The translations under genes were made by a program, and so were the position numbers. Positions 18,628-28,653 of a stretch of 64,000 bases of DNA are shown one piece after another. The first letter of the stretch is position 1. Every line of letters begins with the position of its first letter. The stretch is from positions 7,982 to 71,981 of the forward strand of contig JAYPFK010000035.1 of the NCBI GenBank assembly GCA_038126235.1, read 5' to 3'. This DNA is from Verrucomicrobiales bacterium (GTDB lineage: Bacteria > Verrucomicrobiota > Verrucomicrobiia > Limisphaerales > JAYPEY01). The notes beneath the pieces were generated by a model that did not search any database, was not told where the DNA came from, and saw only the letters and a list, made by a program, of their open reading frames with translations.

Positions 18628-19926
18628 ATGGAAACTGTGGAACAGGCCGACGGGCTCACCGTCATCTTTTACTATCGTAAGCCGGGAACATACGCGCTGA
18701 ATGCGCTGGCCGGCGCGTTGCAGAAAGAGCCGGCCACGGCGCGCGTCGAGGTGAGGTTTCCGGGGACGCTCCGGGAATTGGCGGAGGAGGTCGCCTCGGC
18801 GGCGCGGAACTCGCGAACCGCGCTGGTGGGCTGGTCTTTCTATTCACCTCAGTTCGGGAAGATTGTCGAGGAACTGGCTCGCGCGCGGGCCGCGGAGGAG
18901 GACGCGAACGTTCTGCACGTTGCCGGGGGCGTGCACGCGACCGCGGAGCCGGAGCAGACCTTGGACGCGGGGTTCGATTTTGTTGTCTGTGGGGAGGGCG
19001 AACGGACGATGGTCGAACTGGCCCGTCGTTTGGCCACTGGAGCCGATTGGAGCGACATCGCGGGGCTGGCTTTTCGGCGTGGCGGCCGGGTGGCGAGGAA
19101 TCCCCGGGCGCCGTTGCTCGATCTGGATGTCTATCCGCCCTTTCCCTCGTCCGGCAAGATGGGGCCGATCGAGATCACGCGGGGCTGCGTCTACAGTTGC
19201 CGGTTCTGCCAGACGCCGTTCGTTTCGAAGGCGCGGTTCCGACATCGCTCGGTGGAGAACATCTGCGAGCATGCTCGCACGCTGAAGCGCGTCGGTTCGC
19301 GGTATTATCGCTTCATCACGCCGACGTCGCTGTCCTATGGTTCGAAGGACGAGAGCGTGAATCTCGACGCGATTGAGGCGTTGCTGGCCGCGCTGCGTGA
19401 AACCGTCGGGTCCGAGGGAAAGCTCTTTTACGGCACGTTTCCCTCCGAGATCCGGCCGGAACATGTTTCGGCGAAGGCGCTGCGCCTGCTGAAACGGTTT
19501 GTGGACAACGACAATCTGATCATCGGCGGCCAGTCGGGATCGCAGCGGGTCCTGGACGCGGCGGGGCGGGGGCATTCGGTGGAAGCCATTGAGCGGGCGG
19601 TGAGGCTGTGCGTGGCAGAGGGGTTTGAACCGAACGTCGATTTCTTGTTTGGCATGCCGGGCGAGGAGTTGGAGGACGCTGAGAAGTCGGTCCGCCTGGC
19701 GCGTCGGTTGACGGAACTGGGCGCTCGAGTGCACTCGCATTCGTTCATGCCATTGCCGGGGACGCCTTTCATGAACAAGCCGGCGGCGACGATTGATGAA
19801 TCGGTGCGCGTGGAACTGGAACGGCTTTCCTCCGAGGGGAAGGCCTACGGCCAGTGGAAGCGACAGATCAAGGTTGCGGATGAATTGGAGGCTCGGCGGA
19901 AGGATAAACAGGCGCGCGCCGGTTGA
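18628..19926 (+). CDS. B12-binding domain / radical SAM protein (TIGR04013-like)
   Basis: AGGVHATAEP, GEGE, IEITRGCVYSCRFCQTP (CxxxCxxC), FPSEIRPE, HSFMPLPGTP. Confidence 0.88.
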   Translation: METVEQADGLTVIFYYRKPGTYALNALAGALQKEPATARVEVRFPGTLRELAEEVASAARNSRTALVGWSFYSPQFGKIVEELARARAAEEDANVLHVAGGVHATAEPEQTLDAGFDFVVCGEGERTMVELARRLATGADWSDIAGLAFRRGGRVARNPRAPLLDLDVYPPFPSSGKMGPIEITRGCVYSCRFCQTPFVSKARFRHRSVENICEHARTLKRVGSRYYRFITPTSLSYGSKDESVNLDAIEALLAALRETVGSEGKLFYGTFPSEIRPEHVSAKALRLLKRFVDNDNLIIGGQSGSQRVLDAAGRGHSVEAIERAVRLCVAEGFEPNVDFLFGMPGEELEDAEKSVRLARRLTELGARVHSHSFMPLPGTPFMNKPAATIDESVRVELERLSSEGKAYGQWKRQIKVADELEARRKDKQARAG

Positions 19927-19943
19927 GCGCGGAGGCGCGAACT

Positions 19944-20906
19944 TCAAAAGAACTCCGCCAGGAACTCCGGAATCCGCTCCTCCAGCCAGTAGCGCGCCGA
20001 CCAGGGCCATTTTCCGTGGATGAAGCCCACATGGCCGCCCTGGTCGCTGAGTTCCATGCGTGTCGTGTCCGAGAGTTCGGTCTCGGTCGGAATGACATGC
20101 GGCTTCATGAACGGGTCGTCCTTCGCATGAAGGACCAGAGCGGGGCGGCGGATGGCGGGGAGGAACTGCCGCGCGCTGCTGGTCACGTAGTAATCGCGCG
20201 CGTCCTTGAATCCGTGCAGCGGGGCCGTGACCGCCTCGTCGAATTCCCAGAAGGTCTTCAGTCCGGCCAGTTCCTTTTCGTCGACCGGCATGGAATGGCC
20301 GTTTGAGCCGATCTTGTCGCGAACCGAGCCGTTGAGCTTGTCGATGAGGTGCTTCTCGTAGATCCGGCTGAAGCCCTCGTGAATGCTGTCCGCCACCGAT
20401 TGGAGATCGAAGGGCACGGAGACGGCGACGGCCGCCGCAAGGGGATTGGAGTCGCCGGTTTCGCCCAGCCACTTGAGGAGCGCGTTGCCGCCGAGGGAGT
20501 AGCCGACCGCGGCGACGGGAGTTTCAGGGTGGCGACGGTTGACCTCATTGACGACGAATGCCATGTCGCCGGTGTCGCCTGAATGGTAGAAACGGTCCTT
20601 GCGGTTGGGTTCGCCGGAGCAGCTTCGGAAGTGGACGAACAATCCCCGCCAGCCGCGCGCGTGGATCTCTTTCAGCATGCCCCGCGCGTAAGGGGAATCG
20701 ACGGAGCCCATCAACCCGTGAAAGACGACCACAATCGGCCCCGAGTCTCGGGCGGTCCAGTCGAGGTCGAGGAAGTCGCCATCCGGAAGTTCCAGCCTTT
20801 CGCGGGAGAGGGTGAGCCGGACGCGGCGCCGACCCAATGTGGGCCAGAGCGTCTGGGCGTGGCGGTTGCGAAGCCACCAGGCGGGTTGGAAGGGAGGTGT
20901 CGCCAT
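19944..20906 (-). CDS. YheT-like alpha/beta hydrolase
   Basis: NRHAQTL, LPDGDFLDLDW, HGLMGS, GYSLGGN nucleophile elbow, AKDDPF, GGHVGF. Confidence 0.9.
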   Translation of the reverse strand: MATPPFQPAWWLRNRHAQTLWPTLGRRRVRLTLSRERLELPDGDFLDLDWTARDSGPIVVVFHGLMGSVDSPYARGMLKEIHARGWRGLFVHFRSCSGEPNRKDRFYHSGDTGDMAFVVNEVNRRHPETPVAAVGYSLGGNALLKWLGETGDSNPLAAAVAVSVPFDLQSVADSIHEGFSRIYEKHLIDKLNGSVRDKIGSNGHSMPVDEKELAGLKTFWEFDEAVTAPLHGFKDARDYYVTSSARQFLPAIRRPALVLHAKDDPFMKPHVIPTETELSDTTRMELSDQGGHVGFIHGKWPWSARYWLEERIPEFLAEFF

Positions 20907-21143
20907 CGGTCGGGGCTGGAGGAGGTTCTTGTCGGGACGCGCGGGCGATTTGGCAAGCGGCAATCAGCGGGGAGTGGAAAAGATAAAGACGAGCGACCAG
21001 CGCCGAACCAAAGTCCGCGCGCGCAGCGCGCAATTCCTGCTATGAAGTTGAGAGTTTGATGTCGGGTGTTTGCCGTTCGCCTTCCGCCCTGCGCCCCCGC
21101 CTCAGTCTGAGTCTCCGCTTCGTTCAAAACCCCCAAAAACCTG

Positions 21144-21173
21144 TTGACCCTCATCACGGGCGATTGCTAGCTT
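21144..21173 (+). promoter_or_regulatory. Putative sigma70 promoter of the ilv leader
   Basis: TTGACC - 18 bp - TGcTAGCTT (extended -10); ATG lies 8 nt downstream, so the leader is probably leaderless. Confidence 0.55.
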
Positions 21174-21181
21174 CCCCGGCC

Positions 21182-21235
21182 ATGTTTCGAGCGGACAACG
21201 TCCTTGGTCTGGTAAGTGTCGTCAGCGGTGGCTGA
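21182..21235 (+). CDS. ilv attenuator leader peptide MFRADNVLGLVSVVSGG
   Basis: 6 Val/Leu codons within 8 positions; directly upstream of a terminator and ilvN. Confidence 0.8.
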   Translation: MFRADNVLGLVSVVSGG

Positions 21236-21271
21236 CGCGGTCCGGGGCATTGTCCATCCGCGCGCAGGTCG

Positions 21272-21308
21272 CCCGCCGTTCCGATCGGAACGCGGGTTTT
21301 TGATTTTC
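21272..21308 (+). terminator. Attenuator terminator of the ilv leader
   Basis: CCCGC(C)GTTCC-GATC-GGAACGCGGG followed by TTTTTGATTTT. Confidence 0.85.
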
Positions 21309-21382
21309 GCGGGGGGAGCCTCGGGGCAACCACGGTCGGGATCCGCCGGAATGCAACGACAACATCCGGCCCCACACAACAC

Positions 21383-21862
21383 ATGCGACATACCATCTCA
21401 GTTCTGGTTGAAAACAAGTTCGGCGCGCTGACGCGCATTGCCGGGCTGTTCAGCGGTCGTGGTTTCAACATCGACACGCTCAACGTCGCCCCCACCCAGA
21501 ACGGCGACCTTTCCCACATGACGATCGTCACCCGCGGCGACGACAAGACCGTGGATCAGATCGTCAAGCAGCTCAACAAGCTGGTGGATGTCCTCGAGGT
21601 TCGCGATTTCCGCGAGGGGGAATACATCGACCGCGAATTGGTGTTGGTGAAGGTGAAGGTCTCGGCCAAAACGCGGGCGGATGTGATCTCCATCACCGAC
21701 ATCTTCCGCGCGAAGATTGTGGACGTGCAGTCCGACAGCCTGACCATCGAGGCGACCGGCGGCGAGAGCAAGGTCCGCCGCTTCGTGGAGCTGATGGAGC
21801 CCTTCGGCGTCTTGGATCTCACGCGCACGGGCCAGATTGCCCTGCCGCGAAACCGGGCGTGA
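21383..21862 (+). CDS. ilvN: Acetolactate synthase small (regulatory) subunit
   Basis: [53 protein letters not shown]. Confidence 0.96.
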   Translation: MRHTISVLVENKFGALTRIAGLFSGRGFNIDTLNVAPTQNGDLSHMTIVTRGDDKTVDQIVKQLNKLVDVLEVRDFREGEYIDRELVLVKVKVSAKTRADVISITDIFRAKIVDVQSDSLTIEATGGESKVRRFVELMEPFGVLDLTRTGQIALPRNRA

Positions 21863-21918
21863 CGCTTCGCTTTTCCAATTCTCTCAACTCTCAACTCAAG
21901 AAACCAAAGAACATACAA

Positions 21919-22944
21919 ATGGCTGCAAAAGTCTACACCGACAAGGACGCCGATCTCGGCGTGTTGAAAGGAAAAACCCTCGCTGTCCTGGGCTTCGGCT
22001 CGCAGGGGCACGCCCACGCGCTCAACCTCAAGGACAGCGGCTGCAAGGTCATCATCGGCCTCTACAAGGGCAGCAAGTCCGCCGAGGTCGCCAAGCAGAA
22101 GGGCTTCAAGGTCTATGAAACCGGCGAGGCCGTGAAGAAGGCCGACGTGATCATGGTCGCGCTGCCGGACACCAAGCAGGCTTCCGTCTACAAGGAGTCC
22201 ATCGAGCCGAATCTGTGCAAGGGCAAGACGCTGCTCTTCTCCCACGGCTTTTCCATCCACTTCAAGACCGTCGTTCCGCCGGAGGACGTGGACGTGATCA
22301 TGGTCGCGCCGAAGGGGCCGGGCCACATCGTCCGGCGCCAGTACGTGGAGGGCAAGGGCGTCCCCTCGCTGATCGCGGTCTACCAGAACAAGAGCCGGAA
22401 GGCCAAGAAGGTCGCCTTGGCCTGGGCCAAGGGCATCGGCGGCACCCGCGCCGGCGTTCTGCAGACGGACTTCAAGGAAGAGACCGAGACCGATCTCTTC
22501 GGCGAGCAGACCGTGCTTTGCGGCGGCGTCAGCGCGCTGATCACCGCCGGCTACGAGACCTTGTGCGAGGCGGGCTATCAGCCTGAGATGGCCTACTTCG
22601 AATGCCTTCACGAGCTGAAACTGATCGTCGACCTGATCAACGAGTCCGGCATCAGCGGGATGCGCTTCTCGATCTCCGAGACCGCGAAGTGGGGCGATGT
22701 GAGTGTCGGACCCAAGATCGTCGATGCCGGCGTGAAAAAGCGCATGGGCAAAGCCCTGAAGGACATCCAGACCGGCAAGTTTGCCCGCGAGTGGGTGAAG
22801 GAGTACGAGGGCGGCTACAAGACCTACAACAAGCTCCTCAACGACGGCGCCAAGCACAACATCGAGAAGGTCGGCGCGCGCCTGCGCGGCATGATGCCCT
22901 GGATGCAGCAGCGCTCGGTCAAGGGCGTCCAGGCCGCCTACTGA
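21919..22944 (+). CDS. ilvC: Ketol-acid reductoisomerase
   Basis: [57 protein letters not shown]. Confidence 0.98.
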   Translation: MAAKVYTDKDADLGVLKGKTLAVLGFGSQGHAHALNLKDSGCKVIIGLYKGSKSAEVAKQKGFKVYETGEAVKKADVIMVALPDTKQASVYKESIEPNLCKGKTLLFSHGFSIHFKTVVPPEDVDVIMVAPKGPGHIVRRQYVEGKGVPSLIAVYQNKSRKAKKVALAWAKGIGGTRAGVLQTDFKEETETDLFGEQTVLCGGVSALITAGYETLCEAGYQPEMAYFECLHELKLIVDLINESGISGMRFSISETAKWGDVSVGPKIVDAGVKKRMGKALKDIQTGKFAREWVKEYEGGYKTYNKLLNDGAKHNIEKVGARLRGMMPWMQQRSVKGVQAAY

Positions 22945-22965
22945 GCCGGACAGCTTGAAATTGCG

Positions 22966-23005
22966 GCGGAGTTGCGGTTGTCGTTTGGACCGCAACTCCG
23001 CTTTT
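22966..23005 (+). terminator. Intrinsic terminator after ilvC
   Basis: GCGGAGTTGCGGT ... ACCGCAACTCCGC (13-bp stem) followed by TTTT. Confidence 0.8.
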
Positions 23006-23045
23006 GCGTTGGTGTTTCCGAACGGAAGCGCTAAATCCTCCCACA

Positions 23046-24131
23046 GTGAATCGCATCGGAAAGACATTGGCCTACGGCGGCCTCGCCGCGGCGCTCTTCT
23101 GGACCGCGCTGGTCCTGGGCGCGCCCAAGGAGCCGCCCGCTCCGACGATTCCCTCGCTCCCACCCCCTCCCGCCCTGACGCTCCCGGAAGCGGAGGGCAG
23201 GGCCGCATCCACCGAGCCAAAGGAGGAGAAGCCCAAGGCGCCGTCGGCTCCGGGCGCGACGCGCGGGGAGGCGCTTCCAGGGGAATTGGCGCCGGAAGAG
23301 ACTCCGGAAACGGGCGGGAGTGCGCCGATGAACGACCGTTACAAGGTGATCCTGATTCGGAATCCCTTTGGACTGAATCCACCCAAGCCGCCGGAGCCGC
23401 CGCCGCCGCCGCCGCCGCCCGAGCCGGATCTCGACATCTATCTCACCGGCATCTCCACCCTGCTGGGAAAACAACGCGCGTTCCTGAAGACGGACGATCC
23501 CAAGGAAAAGGACAAGGCCAAGAAGTTCCGCTACTACTCGCTGAAGGTCGGCGAGGCGAAGGATGATCTGGAAATCGTGTCCATCGACATCGATGCGGGC
23601 GATGTGACCATCAAGTTCAAGGGGGAGACGAAGGAGTTGAACCTGAAGGAGAACGGGATTCAGCCTGTCGCGGCGGCCCCAGCCGCGGCCGCAGGGAAAC
23701 CCGGCCAACCCGGAGCGGCCGGACGCAAGCTTCCTCCCGGGATGAACACAACGGCAGCGCGGACGGCGACGAGGGTGACGCCCTCGGTCACGCGGGTCAC
23801 GCCGCAGGCGGGGGCTGCGACCGTGAACCCCTCCAGCACGGCCAACCGTAATGTTTACAATCGATCCGCCAGCCGTCCGCCGGCAATCAACGTTCCGGCA
23901 AGGTCCACAAGCTCGGGGGCTTCGGGAGTAAGGCAGTTGCAGGATGGCAAATACTCCGTCCAGTTGCCAACGCGGCCGACGCGCAGCAGTTCGGGTCCTT
24001 TGCTGCCTCCGCCTCCGAAGGTGGATCCCGTCGAGCAGAAGATCCTGATCGAGTTGAACCGCGAGGTGAACCAGCTCGGTCGCGAGCAGCAGGACCTCGT
24101 CATGCCGCCCCTTCCGCCGACGGGGAACTGA
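23046..24131 (+). CDS. Hypothetical exported Pro-rich protein (loosely like GspC/PilP accessory proteins)
   Basis: N-terminal hydrophobic helix; RNPFGL, IYLTGIS, LKVGE..DDLEIVSID; GTG start at 23046. Confidence 0.65.
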   Translation: MNRIGKTLAYGGLAAALFWTALVLGAPKEPPAPTIPSLPPPPALTLPEAEGRAASTEPKEEKPKAPSAPGATRGEALPGELAPEETPETGGSAPMNDRYKVILIRNPFGLNPPKPPEPPPPPPPPEPDLDIYLTGISTLLGKQRAFLKTDDPKEKDKAKKFRYYSLKVGEAKDDLEIVSIDIDAGDVTIKFKGETKELNLKENGIQPVAAAPAAAAGKPGQPGAAGRKLPPGMNTTAARTATRVTPSVTRVTPQAGAATVNPSSTANRNVYNRSASRPPAINVPARSTSSGASGVRQLQDGKYSVQLPTRPTRSSSGPLLPPPPKVDPVEQKILIELNREVNQLGREQQDLVMPPLPPTGN

Positions 24132-24158
24132 AGGCTTTTGGTGGGCATTTGCCATGCT

Positions 24159-24232
24159 GGTGGGGCGCCTTGTCCTCAAGGAGCCAAAGTTAGCATGTTC
24201 CGCTCGGCTCACTGAGGACAGTTCGCCCTACC
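24159..24232. repeat. Inverted REP pair
   Basis: ggtggggcgccttgtcctcaaggagcc ... cggctcactgaggacagttcgccctacc. Confidence 0.75.
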
Positions 24233-24353
24233 CTTGAGGCAAGCTCAGCGACTCATGCGCAAGCCTTGGCCCACCCGAGGCGGCGCTTGCCTTGGATTCG
24301 GCGCCTACGTAAGGTCCGGTTATTCCCTGAAACCGTCAGCCTCGAACCCCGCC

Positions 24354-27300
24354 ATGAATAATGCATCCCTCGGCCGTTCCGCGTTTCTTGCGCTCGTGAT
24401 CGGATCAGCCTCTGCCGTCGTCGCCGCTCCGGCGTCCGTCAAGGTTGGGCCCGCCATCGATCCGAAGTACCACCCGCCGAAGGTTACCGTGCCCCACGGT
24501 TTCGTGGTGGAACTGGTTGCCGGTCCGCCCTTGGTGCAACACCCGACCATGGCCGGATTTGACGACGAGGGGCGCCTGATTGTCTCCGAGACGGCCGGAC
24601 TGAATCTCAACAACCGCGACCTCGATGAACAGACCCCGAACTTCGTGACCCGGCTGGAGGATGTGGATGGCGACGGCTTCTTCGACAAGTCCACCAGGTT
24701 CGCCGACAAGATGACCTTCCCGCAGGGTGGGCTCTGGCTGGATGGGGCCGTGTATGTCTGCTCGCCTCCGGGACTGTGGCGGTTGGAGGACACGGATGGC
24801 GACGGCGTCGCCGACAAGCGGGAGCAGATCGCAACTGGTTTTGCCTATACGGGCAACGCGGCGGACGTCCATGGGCCCTTCCTCCATCCGAACGGGCGGC
24901 TCTACTGGTGTCATGGCCGCAAGGGCCACGAGGTTTACCAGCGCGACGGCAAGACCCTCGTCTCCAAGAACAAGGGCGCCCGGATCTGGTCTTGCAAGCC
25001 GGACGGCAGCGACCTCCAGGTCCATGCGGGCGGCGGCATGGACAATCCCACCGAACTGACCATCACGCCCGAAGGAGACATCCTCGGCTCTGTGAACCTG
25101 TTCTACGGCCGGCCGCGCGGGGACACCCTGGTCCATTGGATCTACGGCGGCGCGTATCCCCGGCACGACCAGGCGGCGGTGGTGGCGGAGTTCAAACGCA
25201 CGGGAGATCTGCTGACGGAGGTCGTGAACTTCGGCCACGTCGCGGTGTCCGGGTTGACGCGGTATGCGTCAGGCGGGTTCGGAAAGGAGTTTCGCGACAA
25301 TGTATTTGTCACTTTCTTCAACACCCACAAGGTGACGCGGACCATCCTGGAACGCAGCGGCTCGTCCTGGTCGGGCTCCCGGACGGAGGAGTTCTTTGAG
25401 GCCCACAGTGACGACTTTCATTGCACGGACGTGTTGGAGGACGCGGATGGCAGCCTGCTGGTCATCGACACCGGCGGCTGGTTCCGCATCGGCTGCCCGA
25501 CCTCGCAGATTGCCAAGCCGGAACTGCTGGGCGGCATCTTCCGGATTCGCAAGGCGGGAGCCAAGCCGGCAAAGGATCCGCGCGGAAGGGGCGTGGACTG
25601 GAAGAATTCCCCGGCCGGCGGTATTGCCACGTTGCTGGACGATCCGAGGTTTGCCGTCCGTGACCGGGCCATGCGCGAACTGGCGGCGCGTCGCGGCGAC
25701 GATGTGGAAAGCGCGCTGAACCAGGTCCTGGCCAAGGGCTCTCCGGTCGCCCGCCGCAACGCGGTCTGGGTCAACACTCGCCGTGGTTCGGCGGCCCCGA
25801 TACGCGCGGCGTTGAAGGACAAGGACGCCGGTGTCCGGCAGGCGGCTAGCCATGCCGCGGGCATCCTTGGCGGCAAGGGAATGGTCGCGCCGTTGATGGC
25901 GATCGTGCGTCACGACGCGCCCCAGACGCAGCGTGAGGCCGCCGCAGCCCTGGGCAGAATCGGAGACGCCCGCGGTGTCACGGCGCTGCTTGACCTGCTG
26001 AGCCGGGACGGAATCGACCGGAACCTTGAGCACGCTGCGATCTACGCACTGATCCAGATCGGCGATCGCGAGGGGACCTTGGACGGTTTTCATGCCGGGA
26101 ACGAACGTCTGCAGCGGCGGACCCTGATCGCCTTGGATCAGATGGATGGCGGCGAACTGGCTGCGGGGATGGTTCTCTCGTTGTTGGAATCGAAGAACGA
26201 AGACCTGCGGGCTGCGGCCGTCGGGATCGCCGGAAAGCGGACTGATTGGGCAGGCGAGATCGCGGGATTGGTGGATGGTTGGGTTTCTTCCGGAAAGCTG
26301 GATGAGGCGCGGACGGGAATCGTCGAGGAATTGCTGCCCGGCCTGCTGGCCGAGCCGGCGGCGCGCGGCCTGGTCGGGCGCATGTTGACCGGAGGCGCGG
26401 GGCGGTCTCTGGCGTTGGATGTGCTGGCGGCGAGCGTGGGAGCCGGGCTCGACAAGAGCTGGGAGAAGCCGCTCGGGGAGGCTCTGGCCGCGAAGGACGA
26501 CAAACTGGCGGCGCGAGCGGTAGCGGCCGCGGCGGCCTTGAAGGCCAAGACCTTCGATCCCGCCTTGGCGGCGTTGGGCGCGGATGAATCGCGCGCCCCG
26601 TTGCTGCGGGTCAAGGCCCTTGCGGGGATGTCCAGCAGGGCCGGGCGATTGGACAATTCCGCCTTTGATCTCCTGGTGACGCAGTTGTCCCCGAAGAATC
26701 CGGCGACCGCCCGCGGCGAGGCGGCCAGGATGTTCGCCAACGCGCGCCTGACCACCCCCCAGTTGTTGAGGCTTTGTGATGCGGTCGGATTGGCCGGGCC
26801 GCTGGAACTTCCGCTTCTGCTGGAGGCCTTCTACAAGAGCCGCGATGCGGGCGTCGGCGCGCGGTTTGTTGAGGCCCTCCAATTATCGCCGGGAGTGGGC
26901 AATGTCCCGCCCTCGGAGATCAAGCGGATGTTGACGCGTTATCCAGTGGATGTGCAGGCCAAGGCGGGGCCCCTGCTTGAACAACTGATGGCGCAACGGG
27001 CGGAGCAGGCGGAAAAACTGGCCGAGTTGGAGGCTGCCCTGCTGCCGGGCGACGTCGCGCGCGGCGAGAAGGTCTTTCACGCGGAGAAGACGCTCTGCGC
27101 GGTCTGTCACCGGGTGGGCGACAAGGGCGGGCGCGTGGGGCCGGACCTGACCCGGATCGGGCGCATCCGGACGAATAGGGACCTGCTGGAGGCGGTGGTC
27201 TACCCCAGTTCCAGCATTGCGCGCGACTTCGAGTCCTACTCGGTGGATACGACCGACGGGGAATCCCAGGTGGGCGTCATCCTGCGGGAGTCCGAGAGTG

Positions 27301-27464
27301 AACTGCAGATCGCCGTGGCCTCGGGGCAGCCGGTCAAGATTGCCCGGAAATCCATCGCCGCCGTGCGTCCCAATCCGCTCTCCCTGATGCCGCAGGGCCT
27401 CGACCAGGCCATGTCGAAGCAGGAGCTCAGCGACCTGATCGCCTTCCTGAAGAGCCGGCAGTGA
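24354..27464 (+). CDS. PVC-type membrane-bound dehydrogenase-like protein with beta-propeller, HEAT repeats and C-terminal c-type heme
   Basis: LEDTDGDGVAD repeats, HEAT repeats, CAVCH heme motif, GPDLTRIG, SLMPQGL..DLIAFL. Confidence 0.9.
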   Translation: MNNASLGRSAFLALVIGSASAVVAAPASVKVGPAIDPKYHPPKVTVPHGFVVELVAGPPLVQHPTMAGFDDEGRLIVSETAGLNLNNRDLDEQTPNFVTRLEDVDGDGFFDKSTRFADKMTFPQGGLWLDGAVYVCSPPGLWRLEDTDGDGVADKREQIATGFAYTGNAADVHGPFLHPNGRLYWCHGRKGHEVYQRDGKTLVSKNKGARIWSCKPDGSDLQVHAGGGMDNPTELTITPEGDILGSVNLFYGRPRGDTLVHWIYGGAYPRHDQAAVVAEFKRTGDLLTEVVNFGHVAVSGLTRYASGGFGKEFRDNVFVTFFNTHKVTRTILERSGSSWSGSRTEEFFEAHSDDFHCTDVLEDADGSLLVIDTGGWFRIGCPTSQIAKPELLGGIFRIRKAGAKPAKDPRGRGVDWKNSPAGGIATLLDDPRFAVRDRAMRELAARRGDDVESALNQVLAKGSPVARRNAVWVNTRRGSAAPIRAALKDKDAGVRQAASHAAGILGGKGMVAPLMAIVRHDAPQTQREAAAALGRIGDARGVTALLDLLSRDGIDRNLEHAAIYALIQIGDREGTLDGFHAGNERLQRRTLIALDQMDGGELAAGMVLSLLESKNEDLRAAAVGIAGKRTDWAGEIAGLVDGWVSSGKLDEARTGIVEELLPGLLAEPAARGLVGRMLTGGAGRSLALDVLAASVGAGLDKSWEKPLGEALAAKDDKLAARAVAAAAALKAKTFDPALAALGADESRAPLLRVKALAGMSSRAGRLDNSAFDLLVTQLSPKNPATARGEAARMFANARLTTPQLLRLCDAVGLAGPLELPLLLEAFYKSRDAGVGARFVEALQLSPGVGNVPPSEIKRMLTRYPVDVQAKAGPLLEQLMAQRAEQAEKLAELEAALLPGDVARGEKVFHAEKTLCAVCHRVGDKGGRVGPDLTRIGRIRTNRDLLEAVVYPSSSIARDFESYSVDTTDGESQVGVILRESESELQIAVASGQPVKIARKSIAAVRPNPLSLMPQGLDQAMSKQELSDLIAFLKSRQ

Positions 27465-27535
27465 AGGACAACCACAGAAGACATCCGCTTACGCAAATTG
27501 CTACGGTGAGACCACGCAGAATACACAGAAAGAAG

Positions 27536-28456
27536 ATGGGAGTGAGCTGGTTTGCAAAACGGGGGGTGTCGGCGCTCTCTTGCGCCGTGTTGGTTGGCGT
27601 TGGCCCCCTGTCAGCGGCGGACGAGTTGCTTTGGGTGGCGAAGCCGTTGACCAGGCCGGCGGAGTTCACCAAGGGGATCGAAGGCCCGGCCTGCGATCGC
27701 GAGGGCAACGTGTTTGCCGTGAACTATGGGAAGCAGCAGACCATCGGGCGGGTGACGCCGGATGGAAAAGGGGAAGTGTTCGCAACCCTGGCTGGGGACA
27801 GCGTGGGCAACGGCATTCGCTTCGACCGCAAGGGCGTCATGTTCGTCGCGGACTACGTCGGTCACAACGTGTTGCGGATCGATCCCAAGACCCGCGCGGT
27901 GACAGTGTTTGCCCACGAGGCGAGGATGAGTCAGCCAAACGACCTCACGCTCGCGCCGGATGGGACGCTCTACGCCAGCGATCCGAACTGGAAGGAAGGG
28001 ACGGGGCAGATCTGGCGGATCGACAGGAAGGGTGGGGTGAGGCGGGTGGCCGCGGGCATGGGCACGACCAACGGCATCGAGGTCAGTCCCGACGGGAAGT
28101 TGCTCTACGTCAATGAAAGCAAGCAGCGGAAGGTCTGGGTGTTTGACATCCGGTTGGACGGTTCATTGGCCGGGAAGCGGCTGTTCAAGGAATTCCCCGA
28201 TCACGGTTTTGACGGCATGCGTTGTGACGTGAATGGCAACCTCTACATCACACGTTACGGCAAGGGGACCGTGGTCAAAGTCTCGCCGCGAGGTTGGATT
28301 CTGCGCGAGATTCACGTGCTCGGAGCCAGGCCCAGCAACATCTGCTTTGGCGGCCACGACGGCCGCACAGCCTACGTGACGGAGGTGGAAAACACCCGTT
28401 TGGTCAGCTTCCGCGTGGACAAGCCGGGGTTGGCCTGGAAGCGGTGGAGGGAGTGA
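27536..28456 (+). CDS. SMP-30/gluconolactonase family protein
   Basis: EGPACD, PNDLT, NGIEVSPDGK.LYVNES, DGMRCDVNGNLY, PSNICFGG. Confidence 0.9.
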   Translation: MGVSWFAKRGVSALSCAVLVGVGPLSAADELLWVAKPLTRPAEFTKGIEGPACDREGNVFAVNYGKQQTIGRVTPDGKGEVFATLAGDSVGNGIRFDRKGVMFVADYVGHNVLRIDPKTRAVTVFAHEARMSQPNDLTLAPDGTLYASDPNWKEGTGQIWRIDRKGGVRRVAAGMGTTNGIEVSPDGKLLYVNESKQRKVWVFDIRLDGSLAGKRLFKEFPDHGFDGMRCDVNGNLYITRYGKGTVVKVSPRGWILREIHVLGARPSNICFGGHDGRTAYVTEVENTRLVSFRVDKPGLAWKRWRE

Positions 28457-28467
28457 TTCATTGGAAT

Positions 28468-28653
28468 TGTAGCGGCGGTCTTTGACCGTTGTCTCTCCCT
28501 TGGGAAGAATGGCAGCCGATAACAGCCGGGGTGACGAGGCTCAGTTCCAGACGGGAGCCAGGAGTTTGAGCCTTCTTACGTCGGCTGCTACGAGGGATTG
28601 AAGCAGACTCGGCAAGTCGATCGGAAACGCGACGGTCACAGACCGACGCTACA
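28468..28653. repeat. Nested REP pairs between convergent genes: outer GTAG-type pair (28468-28491 / 28630-28653) around a 75-bp element (28518-28592)
   Basis: tgtagcggcggtctttgaccgttg / cgacggtcacagaccgacgctaca; inner right arm gagccttcttacgtcggctgctacg matches the PKS element. Confidence 0.8.

Noticed and set aside
24141-24158. Possible sigma54 -24/-12 promoter (GG-N10-GC)
   Set aside because: Poor match to TGGCACG-N4-TTGC and it abuts a REP
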